Below, one piece after another: positions 34,726-44,603 of a stretch of DNA of 64,000 nt. The notes beneath the pieces were generated by a model. It ran no database searches. It saw only the letters and a list, made by a program, of their open reading frames with translations, and was not told the DNA's origin. The stretch lies in the NCBI GenBank assembly GCA_016281915.1, contig JAEEJO010000077.1:65508-129507 (forward strand). Reading direction: 5' to 3'. The DNA is from Clostridiales bacterium. Lineage in GTDB: Bacteria; Bacillota; Clostridia; Oscillospirales; UBA644. Made by a program: the position numbers and the translations under genes. Every line of letters begins with the position of its first letter. Position 1 is the first letter of the stretch.

Positions 34726-35778
34726 ATGGCTATTAAACTCGGTATCATCGGATACGGCGGAATGGCTCACTGGCATAGAGACAGCGGTCTTAAAAATGTT
34801 CCCGGCTTTGAAGTTATCGGCGTTTACGACATCGATCCCGCTAAAATCGAAGAAGCGCGTTCGCAGGGAATGATAGGTTATAACAAGCTCGAAGATATGC
34901 TTGCCAACCCCGATATCAATCTTTGCCTCGTAGCTACACCTAATCAGGTACATAAGGAACTTACAATAGCTGCTTTAAATGCAGGCAAGAACGTTGTTTG
35001 TGAAAAACCCGTCACACTTTCGGTTAAAGATCTCGATGAGATGATCGCTGCTTCCGAAAGAAATCATAAATTGTTTACCGTTCACCAGAACAGACGTTGG
35101 GATGCAGACTACCTCGTTGCTAAACAGGTCTTTGACAGCGGCGTTCTCGGTAATGTATTTACCATTCAGTCAAGACTTCACGGCACAGGCGGCATTATGC
35201 ACGGCTGGCGCGCTCTTCCCGAATGCGGCGGCGGAATGGTTTACGACTGGGGCGTACATTTTATTGACCAGATCTGCAATATGGTTCCGGGTAAAATCAC
35301 AGATATCAGCGCAGATCTTCACAGCGTCAAGAATCTTCTCGTTGACGACTATTTCATGACTCAGCTCAAATTCGATTCCGGTGTTCAGGTCATGATCGAA
35401 ATAGGTACATTCCTTCTCAAGCCCACACCTCGTTGGTATATGGCAGGCAATGCCGGCACATTACAGCTTGATGACTTCAGCGGCGTAAATGGCGGAATAA
35501 CCAAGGTTTCTAAGCTTGCCGAACTTATTCCTCCCGTTATTGTCAATACTCCTGCCGGACCGACAAGGACATTCGCTCCTCAGCCTCCTGAAACACTCGA
35601 ACAGCTTCCTCTCCCTTCATTCAGCGGCGGCTGGTCTGATTTCTATAAGAACGTTGATGCTGCGATTGAAGGCAAAGAAGAGCTTATCGTTAAACCCTGT
35701 CAGGTCAGACGTGTTCTCGGCGTTCTTGAAAAGATCTTCGAGTCCGCAAAGACAGGTCATTCTGTTAAATACGAATAA
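34726..35778 (+). CDS. Gfo/Idh/MocA family NAD(P)-dependent oxidoreductase
   Basis: 350 aa with Rossmann N-terminus KLGIIGYGGMAHWH and the EKP motif (VVCEKPV). Confidence 0.9.
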   Translation: MAIKLGIIGYGGMAHWHRDSGLKNVPGFEVIGVYDIDPAKIEEARSQGMIGYNKLEDMLANPDINLCLVATPNQVHKELTIAALNAGKNVVCEKPVTLSVKDLDEMIAASERNHKLFTVHQNRRWDADYLVAKQVFDSGVLGNVFTIQSRLHGTGGIMHGWRALPECGGGMVYDWGVHFIDQICNMVPGKITDISADLHSVKNLLVDDYFMTQLKFDSGVQVMIEIGTFLLKPTPRWYMAGNAGTLQLDDFSGVNGGITKVSKLAELIPPVIVNTPAGPTRTFAPQPPETLEQLPLPSFSGGWSDFYKNVDAAIEGKEELIVKPCQVRRVLGVLEKIFESAKTGHSVKYE

Positions 35779-35813
35779 TATATCATTAATCTTCTGGATT
35801 TATATGATTATTC

Positions 35814-35850
35814 AAATACGTCGGGCAATCTCTTGCCCGACGTATTTTAT
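35814..35850. terminator. bidirectional rho-independent terminator
   Basis: 14-bp stem AAATACGTCGGGCA/TGCCCGACGTATTT with a 6-nt loop. A and T runs lie on both sides, between convergent genes. Confidence 0.75.
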
Positions 35851-35883
35851 ATGCTGTTAAGTTAAATGACTTCTGAGATACAG

Positions 35884-36426
35884 TCAGCTTTTGCAGTAAT
35901 ACTTCAGATACGCTTTCAAAACTGCTGTCTGTGTTTTTGCATCCGGAATTTTGCCTGAATTGATCTCCTGTATAAGATCATTCAGGTTTATTTTTATAAC
36001 CTCAACGAACTCATCTTCGTCAGGGTCCTGCTTTTCAAAATGCAGTCCGGTCGCAAGATACATATGTATCACTTCGTCAATTATGGCGGGGGAGGTGTAA
36101 AGAGGACCGAGATATTCGTAATTATCTGCAATTATTCCGGTCTCTTCACGCAGTTCTCTCTTTGCACCTTCAAGAGGCGTTTCTCCTGCGTCAAGCTTAC
36201 CCGCGGGAATCTCAGTTGTTACGGCTGCAAACGGGTATCTGTATTGTCTGACAAGATAAACATTTTTATCATCGTCAATAACTGTAACACATACTGCGCC
36301 CTGATGCCTGATAACTTCTCTTGCAGCATTCTTTCCGTCAGGTAAAACGACCTCATCTTTATATAAATGAACGATTATCCCGTCATATATCAGTTTGCTC
36401 GATAAAGTCTTTTCCTCGAATTCCAT
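35884..36426 (-). CDS. NUDIX hydrolase (ADP-ribose pyrophosphatase-like)
   Basis: Nudix box GKLDAGETPLEGAKRELREETGI. The start is taken at ATG 36426 (MEFEEK), just after the stop of the upstream small ORF. Confidence 0.85.
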   Translation of the reverse strand: MEFEEKTLSSKLIYDGIIVHLYKDEVVLPDGKNAAREVIRHQGAVCVTVIDDDKNVYLVRQYRYPFAAVTTEIPAGKLDAGETPLEGAKRELREETGIIADNYEYLGPLYTSPAIIDEVIHMYLATGLHFEKQDPDEDEFVEVIKINLNDLIQEINSGKIPDAKTQTAVLKAYLKYYCKS

Positions 36427-36427
36427 T

Positions 36428-36580
36428 TTACTTTGATTCCTTTGTCTCATTCTGTTTTACCGGGAAAACTTTACTGAGTATCCATATTATTCCCATTATT
36501 ATTCCGATAACAATAAATATGCCGAGCATACCTAATCCCATTATCGGAAGTGAATCAAGCAATGCATCAACGTTAAACAT
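36428..36580 (-). CDS. OadG-like small membrane subunit (50 aa), absent from the supplied ORF track
   Basis: The minus strand reads AAGGAGATATGAT then ATG. The product is MFNVDALLDSLPIMGLGMLGIFIVIGIIMGIIWILSKVFPVKQNETKESK, with a single TM helix. It starts 15 nt after the oadB stop. Length and layout resemble decarboxylase gamma subunits. Confidence 0.6.
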   Translation of the reverse strand: MFNVDALLDSLPIMGLGMLGIFIVIGIIMGIIWILSKVFPVKQNETKESK

Positions 36581-36595
36581 ATCATATCTCCTTAT

Positions 36596-37753
36596 TTATA
36601 TCTCTACAAGAGTCAGAATCAGACCACCTGCTACAACTGATGCTATCTGACCAGAAACATTGGCTGCCGCCGCATGCATAAGAAGGAAGTTTTGAGGATC
36701 TTCTGCAAGTCCCATTTTATGCACAACGCGCGAAGACATCGGGAATGCCGATATACCCGCTGCGCCAACCATGGGATTGATTTTTTCTTTCAGGAATATA
36801 TTCAACACCTTTGCGAATATAACGCCTCCTGCCGTATCGAAAATGAATGCGATCAATCCGAGTCCCATAATCATCAGTGTTTCCCATCTCAGGAAATACT
36901 GCCATTGCATTTTGGTGGAAACTGTAAGACCGAGAAGAAGAGTAACAAGGTTTGCAAGCTCATGCTGAGCGGATTCTGAAAGCGAATTTAAAACACCGCA
37001 TTCGCGTATAAGATTACCGAACATCAGAAATCCGACAAGTGCAACGGATTTCGGAGCAAAAATACCTGCCACAACAGTTATTATTATCGGAAACAGTATC
37101 TTTGTTGTTTTTGAAACTGATTTCGGTCTGTAAGGCATTCTTATCATACGCTCTTTTTTTGTTGTGCAGAGCTTGATTACCGCAGGCTGTATGATCGGTA
37201 CAAGAGCCATATATGAGTATGCGGCGATTATTATCGGTCCCACGTAGTTGGATTTGAAAAACTGTGAAACGAAAATGGAGGTGGGTCCGTCTGCAGCTCC
37301 GATAATTGCGATCGAAGCAGCGTCCTTAAGCTCAAATCCGAGGAAAGAGGCAAGACTTAAAGTAAAGAATATTCCAAACTGTGCTGCAGCTCCGAAAAGC
37401 ATCATCTTCGGATTGGAAAGGAGCGGTCCGAAGTCTATCATTGCTCCGATGCCTATGAAAAGCAACAGCGGAAACAGCTCATTTGCAATGCCGGCGTTAA
37501 AAAGAACGTCAATCGGACCTTCTTCTGCTCCAACCTGGGTAACTGCTCCGGAAAAAGGCAGATTTACAAGTATTGCACCAAAGCCCATGGGCAAGAGAAG
37601 GGTAGGCTCCATATTCTTTTTTACGGCAAGATATATCAGAACTCCCCCGATTATCCACATTATAACCATAGGCCACTGTGTTGACCAATCGATTTGAAGT
37701 AAATTTGAAAATAACTGCGCCAAAAATGTCACTCCTATTATAAAAAAATTCAA
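36596..37753 (-). CDS. oadB: sodium ion-translocating decarboxylase, beta (membrane) subunit
   Basis: Near full-length match by eye to OadB/GcdB/MmdB blocks: MEPTLLLPMGFGAILVNLP, GAMIDFGPLL, GAAAQFGIF, IIGAADGPT, AAYSYMALVPIIQP, INPMVGAAGISAFPMSSR, NFLLMHA. The true start may be the TTG at 37723, 8 nt after AGGAG. Confidence 0.9.
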   Translation of the reverse strand: MNFFIIGVTFLAQLFSNLLQIDWSTQWPMVIMWIIGGVLIYLAVKKNMEPTLLLPMGFGAILVNLPFSGAVTQVGAEEGPIDVLFNAGIANELFPLLLFIGIGAMIDFGPLLSNPKMMLFGAAAQFGIFFTLSLASFLGFELKDAASIAIIGAADGPTSIFVSQFFKSNYVGPIIIAAYSYMALVPIIQPAVIKLCTTKKERMIRMPYRPKSVSKTTKILFPIIITVVAGIFAPKSVALVGFLMFGNLIRECGVLNSLSESAQHELANLVTLLLGLTVSTKMQWQYFLRWETLMIMGLGLIAFIFDTAGGVIFAKVLNIFLKEKINPMVGAAGISAFPMSSRVVHKMGLAEDPQNFLLMHAAAANVSGQIASVVAGGLILTLVEI

Positions 37754-37804
37754 TACTATATATTAACCCGTATCATCGAACACGGTCTGTTGACCGGATA
37801 TGTT

Positions 37805-39583
37805 CTATGACACGGTGGTATTTCCGTAACAAATAACAAAAAAACTGAATCCGTCCAATGTGTCTTCAGGCGCGTAAACCGCAGAAGAGTATAAATCGGT
37901 TCCCCTCTGAAAAACATCAGGCAGTATCTTCGGATTGTTATCGGTATTAACTGCAAAAACGCATTTTTCCCCATTGCTCACACGCGCGAAAATCAAAAGC
38001 CCGTTTTCTGCCCATAATGGAACAAATCTTCCATCTTTCAAACAGTTTATGCTGTGGCGTATCTTGTTGATTTTGGCGAAGAACGTTATCAGCACATTGT
38101 TTTCGTTTCCCCACGGAAAACACATTCTGTTAAGAGGATCTTTCCCTCCGTCCATTCCGGTCTCATCACCGTAATAAATTGTGGGAAGTCCCGGTAGAAA
38201 GGCAAGAACGGCATATGCAAGACATACGGGTTTTTCATCACCTAATACGGTTTTTATCCTTTCGGTATCATGTGTTCCGAGAAAATTCATAAGAACGTTC
38301 AGAACAGGCGAGGGGTAGTCTTCGCATATTTCAAGAACTCTTTCACAAAACAGTTTAGCTGACCTGTTTTGGATAAAATCGATTACGGCATTACGGAAAA
38401 CGTAATTCATCACACTGTCGATTTGTTTGCCATGAAGGTATTTACGGCGTTGTCCGTAACTGATTTTATCAGCAGCGTTTTCCCATACTTCGCCTATGAT
38501 CAACGCATCTTTCTTTTCAGCTTTTACCGAACTCCTGAATTTTTCAAGAAATTTATCCGGCAGTTCGTCGGCAACGTCAAGCCTCCATCCGGCAGCTCCG
38601 TATCGTAACCATTTGCGGGCTATACCGTTCTCTCCTGTGATAAATTCAAGGAAAGAGGATTCTGTTTCGTTTGTGTTCGGCAGAATTTTAACGTCCCACC
38701 AGCATTCGTAATCGTCGGGCCAATGTCTGAATCGAAACCATGGATAGTATGCCGATTTTTTGGACTGATAAGCGCCGATATCGGAATAATTACCGTATTT
38801 ATTGAAATACTTACTGTCTGCTCCCGTATGACTGAATACTCCGTCAAGTATTATTCTGATACCGTAATCGTTCGCCTTTTTACAAAGCGCCTGGAAATCG
38901 TCAACGGTTCCGAGCATGGAATCTGGCTTCTCGTAATCTCCCGTATCATAACGGTGGTTTGATGCGGATTCAAAAATAGGGTTCAGATAAATAACGTCAA
39001 TTCCGAGGTCATGCAGGTATTCGAGTTTAGACTCAATTCCCTTGAAATTCCCTCCGAAAAAGTCGGTAGTATTGAGCGTGCCGTCTGTGTTTCTGATATG
39101 ATTTGGCGTTTCTCCCCACTGCTTTAAGTTTGAGTGCTTTGATGCGTCAGGCACTCCGGCTTTACAAAACCTGTCCGGAAAAATCTGGTATATATTGGCA
39201 CCCTCATAGCATTCGGTCGCTGTAAAGCTGTTTATATATACGGTAAGCTTCCACGGTGAAAAACTGTTTTCATCAAAGGGATTCGACAGATTGTTTTCGC
39301 CTATTTTATGCGTTTTTCCGCTTGTGCTGCGTATTTCGAACCAGTAAAAGTATAGCCCTTCACTGTTAATATCAAAAGTAACCGAATAAGCTTCATATGC
39401 CCCGTCAGTGTCTTCGAACTGTAAAGGAATCGAGAATTTTATTCCGTCACTTTCAAATACGGCATTAACATCAAATGCCGATATACGTCTTGAAACGAGC
39501 AGACGGAGCGTTATATCTTTTTCGATTTCTACAGCCCCGAACGGATTTTTATAAAATGCATCTCTCGAATTAAACTTTATCAT
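37805..39583 (-). CDS. GH13 alpha-glucosidase/neopullulanase-like enzyme
   Basis: 592 aa with GH13 regions DGVFSHTG, GWRLDVADE, GEVWE and FLGTHDTER, plus an N-terminal beta domain. The start overlaps the glgP stop by 14 nt. Confidence 0.9.
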   Translation of the reverse strand: MIKFNSRDAFYKNPFGAVEIEKDITLRLLVSRRISAFDVNAVFESDGIKFSIPLQFEDTDGAYEAYSVTFDINSEGLYFYWFEIRSTSGKTHKIGENNLSNPFDENSFSPWKLTVYINSFTATECYEGANIYQIFPDRFCKAGVPDASKHSNLKQWGETPNHIRNTDGTLNTTDFFGGNFKGIESKLEYLHDLGIDVIYLNPIFESASNHRYDTGDYEKPDSMLGTVDDFQALCKKANDYGIRIILDGVFSHTGADSKYFNKYGNYSDIGAYQSKKSAYYPWFRFRHWPDDYECWWDVKILPNTNETESSFLEFITGENGIARKWLRYGAAGWRLDVADELPDKFLEKFRSSVKAEKKDALIIGEVWENAADKISYGQRRKYLHGKQIDSVMNYVFRNAVIDFIQNRSAKLFCERVLEICEDYPSPVLNVLMNFLGTHDTERIKTVLGDEKPVCLAYAVLAFLPGLPTIYYGDETGMDGGKDPLNRMCFPWGNENNVLITFFAKINKIRHSINCLKDGRFVPLWAENGLLIFARVSNGEKCVFAVNTDNNPKILPDVFQRGTDLYSSAVYAPEDTLDGFSFFVICYGNTTVS

Positions 39584-42008
39584 AGTTTACAGGTTTTACG
39601 TACCATATTTTTTCTGCATACTCAGCGATGCTTCTGTCTGATGAGAACTTACCGGCTTTGGCTATATTTATAAGCGATTTGCGGTTCCACGCGGCAACAT
39701 CGTTGTAATCCGTATATATTTTACGGTGTATCTTTTTGTATGCGTCAAAGTCTGCAACTACCATATACGGATCTGCAAAACCAAGGTCCATAGTCAGATA
39801 ATTTGCTATGTCGGAAAAGTTGATTCCATTTATGTTATCGTTCAATATAGCGATTATTTCCGAGAGAATCGGGTCTTTGATTATATACGAAGCAGGGTAG
39901 TAGCCCTTTTTATATAGTTCGGAAACCTCTTCGGTTCTCATTCCGAATATATAAATATTATCTGCGCCTACCTCTTCGCATATCTCGATATTTGCGCCGT
40001 CATATGTTCCTAGAGTCAGCGCACCGTTTATCATCATTTTCATATTGCCCGTACCGCTTGCTTCGGTTCCCGCCTGGGATATCTGTTCACTGATTTGCGA
40101 TGCCGGCATGAGATATTCTGCCCATGTAACGCTGTAATTTTCAAGGAATACAACGTTGATCATTTCGGACGCCCGCTTGTCTTTCTTTATCATTTCCGAA
40201 ATGGAGCTTATAAGCAGTATTATACGTTTTGCCATATAATATGACGAGGCGGCTTTCGCTGCAAAAATAAACGTTGTTTTCGGTATCGTGAATGTCGGAT
40301 CGTTTTTTATCTGTATGTATAAATACAGTATGTGCAGCGCGTTCAGAAGCTGACGTTTGTATTCATGCAGCCTTTTTGCCTGAACGTCGAAAACGGATAA
40401 AGGATCTATCGTCGGATCGCCGAGTTCTTTAATAAATCTCTTCTTGTTTTCAAGCTTGATCTCGGCAAGCGAGTTCAATACCGAAGAATCGTCTTTGAAT
40501 TTCAAAAAGTCGCAAAGCTCTTCCGAACGACGGATAAATCCGTCTCCTATACATTCTTTGAGAAGGGCGGTAAGTCCCGGATTCGCCTGACACAGCCAAC
40601 GTCTGAAATCGATTCCGTTTGTGACGTTTTCGAATTTTTCCGGCATCAGGTCATAGTAGTCTTTGAAAACGGAATTCTTGAGTATCTCGCTGTGAAGTTT
40701 AGATACTCCGTTCACTTTTTTCGCTGCTATTACGGAAAGATTAGCCATTCTTACTGTATCGTAAGCAAGAATAGCTACCCTGGATACCTTGTTCCAGTTT
40801 CCGTCTGTTTTCTCGAAAACTTCCTGACAAAACCTTCTGTTGATTTCTTTTAAAATCGAATGAAGTCTCGGAAGAATAGATGCAAATATCTGCTCGTCCC
40901 ATTTTTCGAGGGCTTCGGACATTACTGTGTGATTCGTATATGCTACCACGCTTGTTGTAATGCTCCATGCACGGTCCCAGCTGTATCCGTAATCATCTAT
41001 CAGTATTCGCATAAGCTCGGGTATAACAAGCGAGGGGTGAGTATCATTGATATGAAAAACAGCTTTTTGCGGCAGTGAATCAAGGGTTCCGTAGCGCTTC
41101 ATATGGCGCTTTATTACGGAGTGAAGCGATGCTGAAACAAGAAAATACTGCTGCTTTAATCTTAACGATTTGCCTTCGATATGATCATCCGGCGGATAAA
41201 GTATCTTCGAGATCATTTCAGCGCGTGTCGATTCCTCACTTGCCTGAATATAATCTCCCTGTGAAAAGAGGTGCATATCTATGTTCAGCGAGCTCTTAGC
41301 TTTCCATAGACGGAGTTTGGAAACTCCCTGCGTATCATATCCCGGTATCATCATATCATACGGGATGGCATGGACAACCGTTTCACCCGTATGGTTAAGT
41401 GTCATCCTGCCGTTTTCCCAAACTTCTTCTATCCTTCCGCCAAAACGGACGTCAACTGCCTCATCCAGTCGCGGAACAAGCCAGCATTCACCGTTAGGCA
41501 ACCATACATCCGGCAGCTCCATCTGCCATCCGTCAACAAGTTTCTGCTTAAACATACCGTATTCATAACAGATGCTGAAACCTGTTGCAAGATAGTTTTG
41601 TGATGCGAGCGATGCCATAAAGCATGCAGCAAGCCTGCCCAGACCACCGTTTCCCAGACCCGGATCAGGCTCGCAGGCATAAAGGTCTTCCGGAGTCAGA
41701 CGATATTTTGAAAGCGCCTGCCTGAAATTACTGTCAAGTTTTCCGCAATATATTGCATTTTTCAAAGCTCTGCCTAACAGAAACTCTATACAAAAGTAAT
41801 AGACCTCTTTTTCTCCGTTTTTTCTTGCCTTACTTTTGAACTGTTTACGCCTTGCCGAATACATATCGCGCAGCGCCGCTACTGTTGCCTTGTAAAAATG
41901 TTCGGCTGATGCTTCTGTCCAGTCAATACCGAGTTTTGATAAGTTTTCTTCAATTATTCTGTTGAAGTCCGCAGCGGAAAACTGCGGGTTTTTCATTATA
42001 TCGTCCAT
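39570..42008 (-). CDS. glgP: glycogen/starch phosphorylase
   Basis: 812 aa with PLP-site block EASGTGNMK and GLGNGGLGRLAACF. Confidence 0.95.
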   Translation of the reverse strand: MDDIMKNPQFSAADFNRIIEENLSKLGIDWTEASAEHFYKATVAALRDMYSARRKQFKSKARKNGEKEVYYFCIEFLLGRALKNAIYCGKLDSNFRQALSKYRLTPEDLYACEPDPGLGNGGLGRLAACFMASLASQNYLATGFSICYEYGMFKQKLVDGWQMELPDVWLPNGECWLVPRLDEAVDVRFGGRIEEVWENGRMTLNHTGETVVHAIPYDMMIPGYDTQGVSKLRLWKAKSSLNIDMHLFSQGDYIQASEESTRAEMISKILYPPDDHIEGKSLRLKQQYFLVSASLHSVIKRHMKRYGTLDSLPQKAVFHINDTHPSLVIPELMRILIDDYGYSWDRAWSITTSVVAYTNHTVMSEALEKWDEQIFASILPRLHSILKEINRRFCQEVFEKTDGNWNKVSRVAILAYDTVRMANLSVIAAKKVNGVSKLHSEILKNSVFKDYYDLMPEKFENVTNGIDFRRWLCQANPGLTALLKECIGDGFIRRSEELCDFLKFKDDSSVLNSLAEIKLENKKRFIKELGDPTIDPLSVFDVQAKRLHEYKRQLLNALHILYLYIQIKNDPTFTIPKTTFIFAAKAASSYYMAKRIILLISSISEMIKKDKRASEMINVVFLENYSVTWAEYLMPASQISEQISQAGTEASGTGNMKMMINGALTLGTYDGANIEICEEVGADNIYIFGMRTEEVSELYKKGYYPASYIIKDPILSEIIAILNDNINGINFSDIANYLTMDLGFADPYMVVADFDAYKKIHRKIYTDYNDVAAWNRKSLINIAKAGKFSSDRSIAEYAEKIWYVKPVNYDKV

Positions 42009-42023
42009 TTGCCGGTTTCCTTT

Positions 42024-43427
42024 TTAGCTTTTGTATAATTCGTAATATTTCTTTGCTGAGGATTTCCATGTGAAATCGGAATTCATAGCGTTTGTTCTGA
42101 GCATATTCCATTTTTCCTTGTCTGAGTATGCTGCAAGAGCACGGTTTATCGTATCAAGCATATGATGTGCATTATAATCGTTGAATACAAACCCGTTTTC
42201 ACCGTCAGTTATGCTGTCTCTAAGACCGCCCGTTGCACGGACTATCGGCAGTGATCCGTATCTGCATGCAACCATCTGAACAAGTCCGCACGGCTCTGTT
42301 TTCGAAGGCATGAGAATTATGTCTGCGCCTGCATAAATTCTTGATGCAAGTGCTGTATCGTACATGATCTTAACAGACATTTTGTCCGGATACTGAGAAG
42401 CGACCGTACTGAAAAAGTCTTCGTAATGAGCGTCTCCCTTTCCCAGAATTACAACCTGAACGCGTTCTTCAAGAAGCTGTCTGATAATGCACGCAACAAG
42501 GTCAAACCCTTTATGCTCAACAAGACGCGATATTATTCCTATTACCGGTATATCGGGTTGTGCAGGAAGACCGAATTCTTTCTGAAGATCTTCTTTGTCT
42601 TCTTCTTTTCCATCAGGTGCCTTTGCCGAATAACGTTTAACGATATGCGGATCCGTCCACGGATTGTATCTTTCAACGTCTATCCCGTTAAGTATACCGC
42701 TTATCTTGAAGCTTCTTTCGTTGATTATGCTCTCAAGACCGTGTGCGTAGTATGCCATTTTGATTTCTTCGGCATAGGTTGGGCTTACGGTATTAACGGC
42801 ATCAGCAAGTTCGATCGCGCCTTTCATAAGGTTGATGGCACCGTCATACTCTACTGCGTTTACGTCGGCAGTATCGATATCAAGCACGTCAGACATTATT
42901 TCTTTGCTGAAAACACCTTGATATTGGATGTTGTGGATCGTGAAAACCGTTCTGATGCCGGAATATTCGGGGCGCTTTTTATATATCAGCGATGCATATA
43001 TAGGAATAAGCGCCGTATGCCAGTCGTGCGCATGTATAACGTCCGGGATAAAATCTATATGCGGCAACATCTCAAATACCGATTTGCTGAAAAAAGCGAA
43101 TCTTTCCGCGTCATCAAAATGACCGTAAATTCCTTTTCTCTTGAAATAGTATTCATTATCTATCAGGTAGTATTTGATACCGTCGATTTCCGTAAAATGA
43201 ATCCCGCAATACTGATTTCTCCATGACAATTTTACAGTGATGCTTTTAACAAAATTTATTTTGTCTTTTATATCTTGAGGAATATCGGAATACAGCGGTA
43301 AAACGACCCTAACGTCATTGTTTGCGTTCAGCTTTTTCAGAGCTTTGGGCAGTGCGCCTATTACGTCGCCAAGACCGCCTGTTACAACAAACGGAAAACA
43401 TTCTGCAGCTGCAAAAAGTATCTTCAT
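42024..43427 (-). CDS. glgA: glycogen synthase (ADP-glucose type)
   Basis: 467 aa with N-terminal KILFAAAECFPFVVTGGLGDV and the GT5 C-terminal block PSKTEPCGL. Confidence 0.95.
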   Translation of the reverse strand: MKILFAAAECFPFVVTGGLGDVIGALPKALKKLNANNDVRVVLPLYSDIPQDIKDKINFVKSITVKLSWRNQYCGIHFTEIDGIKYYLIDNEYYFKRKGIYGHFDDAERFAFFSKSVFEMLPHIDFIPDVIHAHDWHTALIPIYASLIYKKRPEYSGIRTVFTIHNIQYQGVFSKEIMSDVLDIDTADVNAVEYDGAINLMKGAIELADAVNTVSPTYAEEIKMAYYAHGLESIINERSFKISGILNGIDVERYNPWTDPHIVKRYSAKAPDGKEEDKEDLQKEFGLPAQPDIPVIGIISRLVEHKGFDLVACIIRQLLEERVQVVILGKGDAHYEDFFSTVASQYPDKMSVKIMYDTALASRIYAGADIILMPSKTEPCGLVQMVACRYGSLPIVRATGGLRDSITDGENGFVFNDYNAHHMLDTINRALAAYSDKEKWNMLRTNAMNSDFTWKSSAKKYYELYKS

Positions 43428-43470
43428 ATCATTTCCTCCCGATCAGTTTTTGATTCGTTTGTCAGTATCA

Positions 43471-44583
43471 TTAAACTATGCTGCCTTTTGCAAGAACAAA
43501 GGGGTAGGAGGCGTAGCCTGCAAGCACTCTGCCGTTTTTGATTACGCACTGTTTGTCTATTATGGCATAGCTTATGTCTGCGTTGTCTCCTATAACAGCT
43601 CCCTGCATAATAACGCAATTCTTTACCTTTGCGCCTTTGCCGATATATACTCCACGCGAAACTACACAGTTTTCAACGCTGCTGAGTATCTGAGATCCGT
43701 TTGCGATCAGTGAATTTCTGACAGTAACGTCTGATGCGTATCGCGTCGGAGCTTCATCCCTGACTTTTGTATAAATAGGATTGTTTTTCCTGAAAAGTTC
43801 ATCTCTGATGTCTTTACTGAGAAGGTCCATATTGGCTTCGAAAAGCGATCTGTTGGAATCTATTTTCTTTGCATAACCGTCGAATTTGTATCCGAAGATT
43901 TTAAGGGAGTGCGCGCGTTTGGCGATTATGTCCTTTTCAAAGCTTAACTGACCTACTGCAACAGCTTCGTTAACGAGAGCTACAAGAAGGCTGCTTCTGA
44001 TGATCCACATTCCGAGTGAAATGTTGTTTTCACCGTCAGGCGCTATGCCTACGTATGCAGTCGTAACTCTTCCAGTTTCGTCAATGTCATAGATAGTGCT
44101 GTTAAGGGATTTGTCAACAACACATTTCCGTTGATAGATAACGGTGATATCCGCATTGACAGATTCGTGATATTTTATTATTTTGCTGTAATCCATGTTG
44201 CATACCGTGTCACAGTCTGCAAGAACAACGTAATCATCGTTGATTTTTTCAAGAGTTGAAACAATGCTTTTCAACGCATCAAGGCGTCCCGCATAAAGCC
44301 CTGAACCGCTTGAAAAACTATACGGTGGAAAAACTGCAAGTCCGCCGAATTTTCTTGAAAGATCCCATTCCTTGCCCGATCCAAGATGACTGAGAAGGGA
44401 CTGGTAATTGTTTCTTGCTATAACACCCACCGATGTTATACCTGAATTTACCATGTTGGAAAGAACAAAATCTATTAACCTGTAACGACCTCCGAACGGA
44501 ACTGAGCCGAGTGTTCTTTTTTTCGTTATTTCAGGAAGATTGTGATCGTGTATTCCCGAAAAAATAATACCAGCAGCTGACAT
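43471..44583 (-). CDS. glgD: glucose-1-phosphate adenylyltransferase, GlgD subunit
   Basis: 370 aa with GSVPFGGRYRLIDFVLSNMVNSGI but lacking the GGxGxRL loop of GlgC. It occupies the position between glgC and glgA, as in the Bacillus glgBCDAP operon. Confidence 0.9.
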   Translation of the reverse strand: MSAAGIIFSGIHDHNLPEITKKRTLGSVPFGGRYRLIDFVLSNMVNSGITSVGVIARNNYQSLLSHLGSGKEWDLSRKFGGLAVFPPYSFSSGSGLYAGRLDALKSIVSTLEKINDDYVVLADCDTVCNMDYSKIIKYHESVNADITVIYQRKCVVDKSLNSTIYDIDETGRVTTAYVGIAPDGENNISLGMWIIRSSLLVALVNEAVAVGQLSFEKDIIAKRAHSLKIFGYKFDGYAKKIDSNRSLFEANMDLLSKDIRDELFRKNNPIYTKVRDEAPTRYASDVTVRNSLIANGSQILSSVENCVVSRGVYIGKGAKVKNCVIMQGAVIGDNADISYAIIDKQCVIKNGRVLAGYASYPFVLAKGSIV

Positions 44584-44603
44584 GTCATTTATTCCTTCCT
44601 TTC

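Noticed and set aside
37754-37804. Terminator or promoter between the GH13 gene and oadB
   Set aside because: Only 4-5-bp stems without a U-run are present, and no hexamer pair approaches TTGACA/TATAAT. I could not support either feature.
42426-43226. 266-aa ORF antisense to glgA
   Set aside because: This is a shadow ORF opposite a conserved gene with no motif or RBS. The same reasoning rejects the antisense ORFs at 2207-2980, 11643-12191, 20805-21383, 23348-23920 and 54323-54850.
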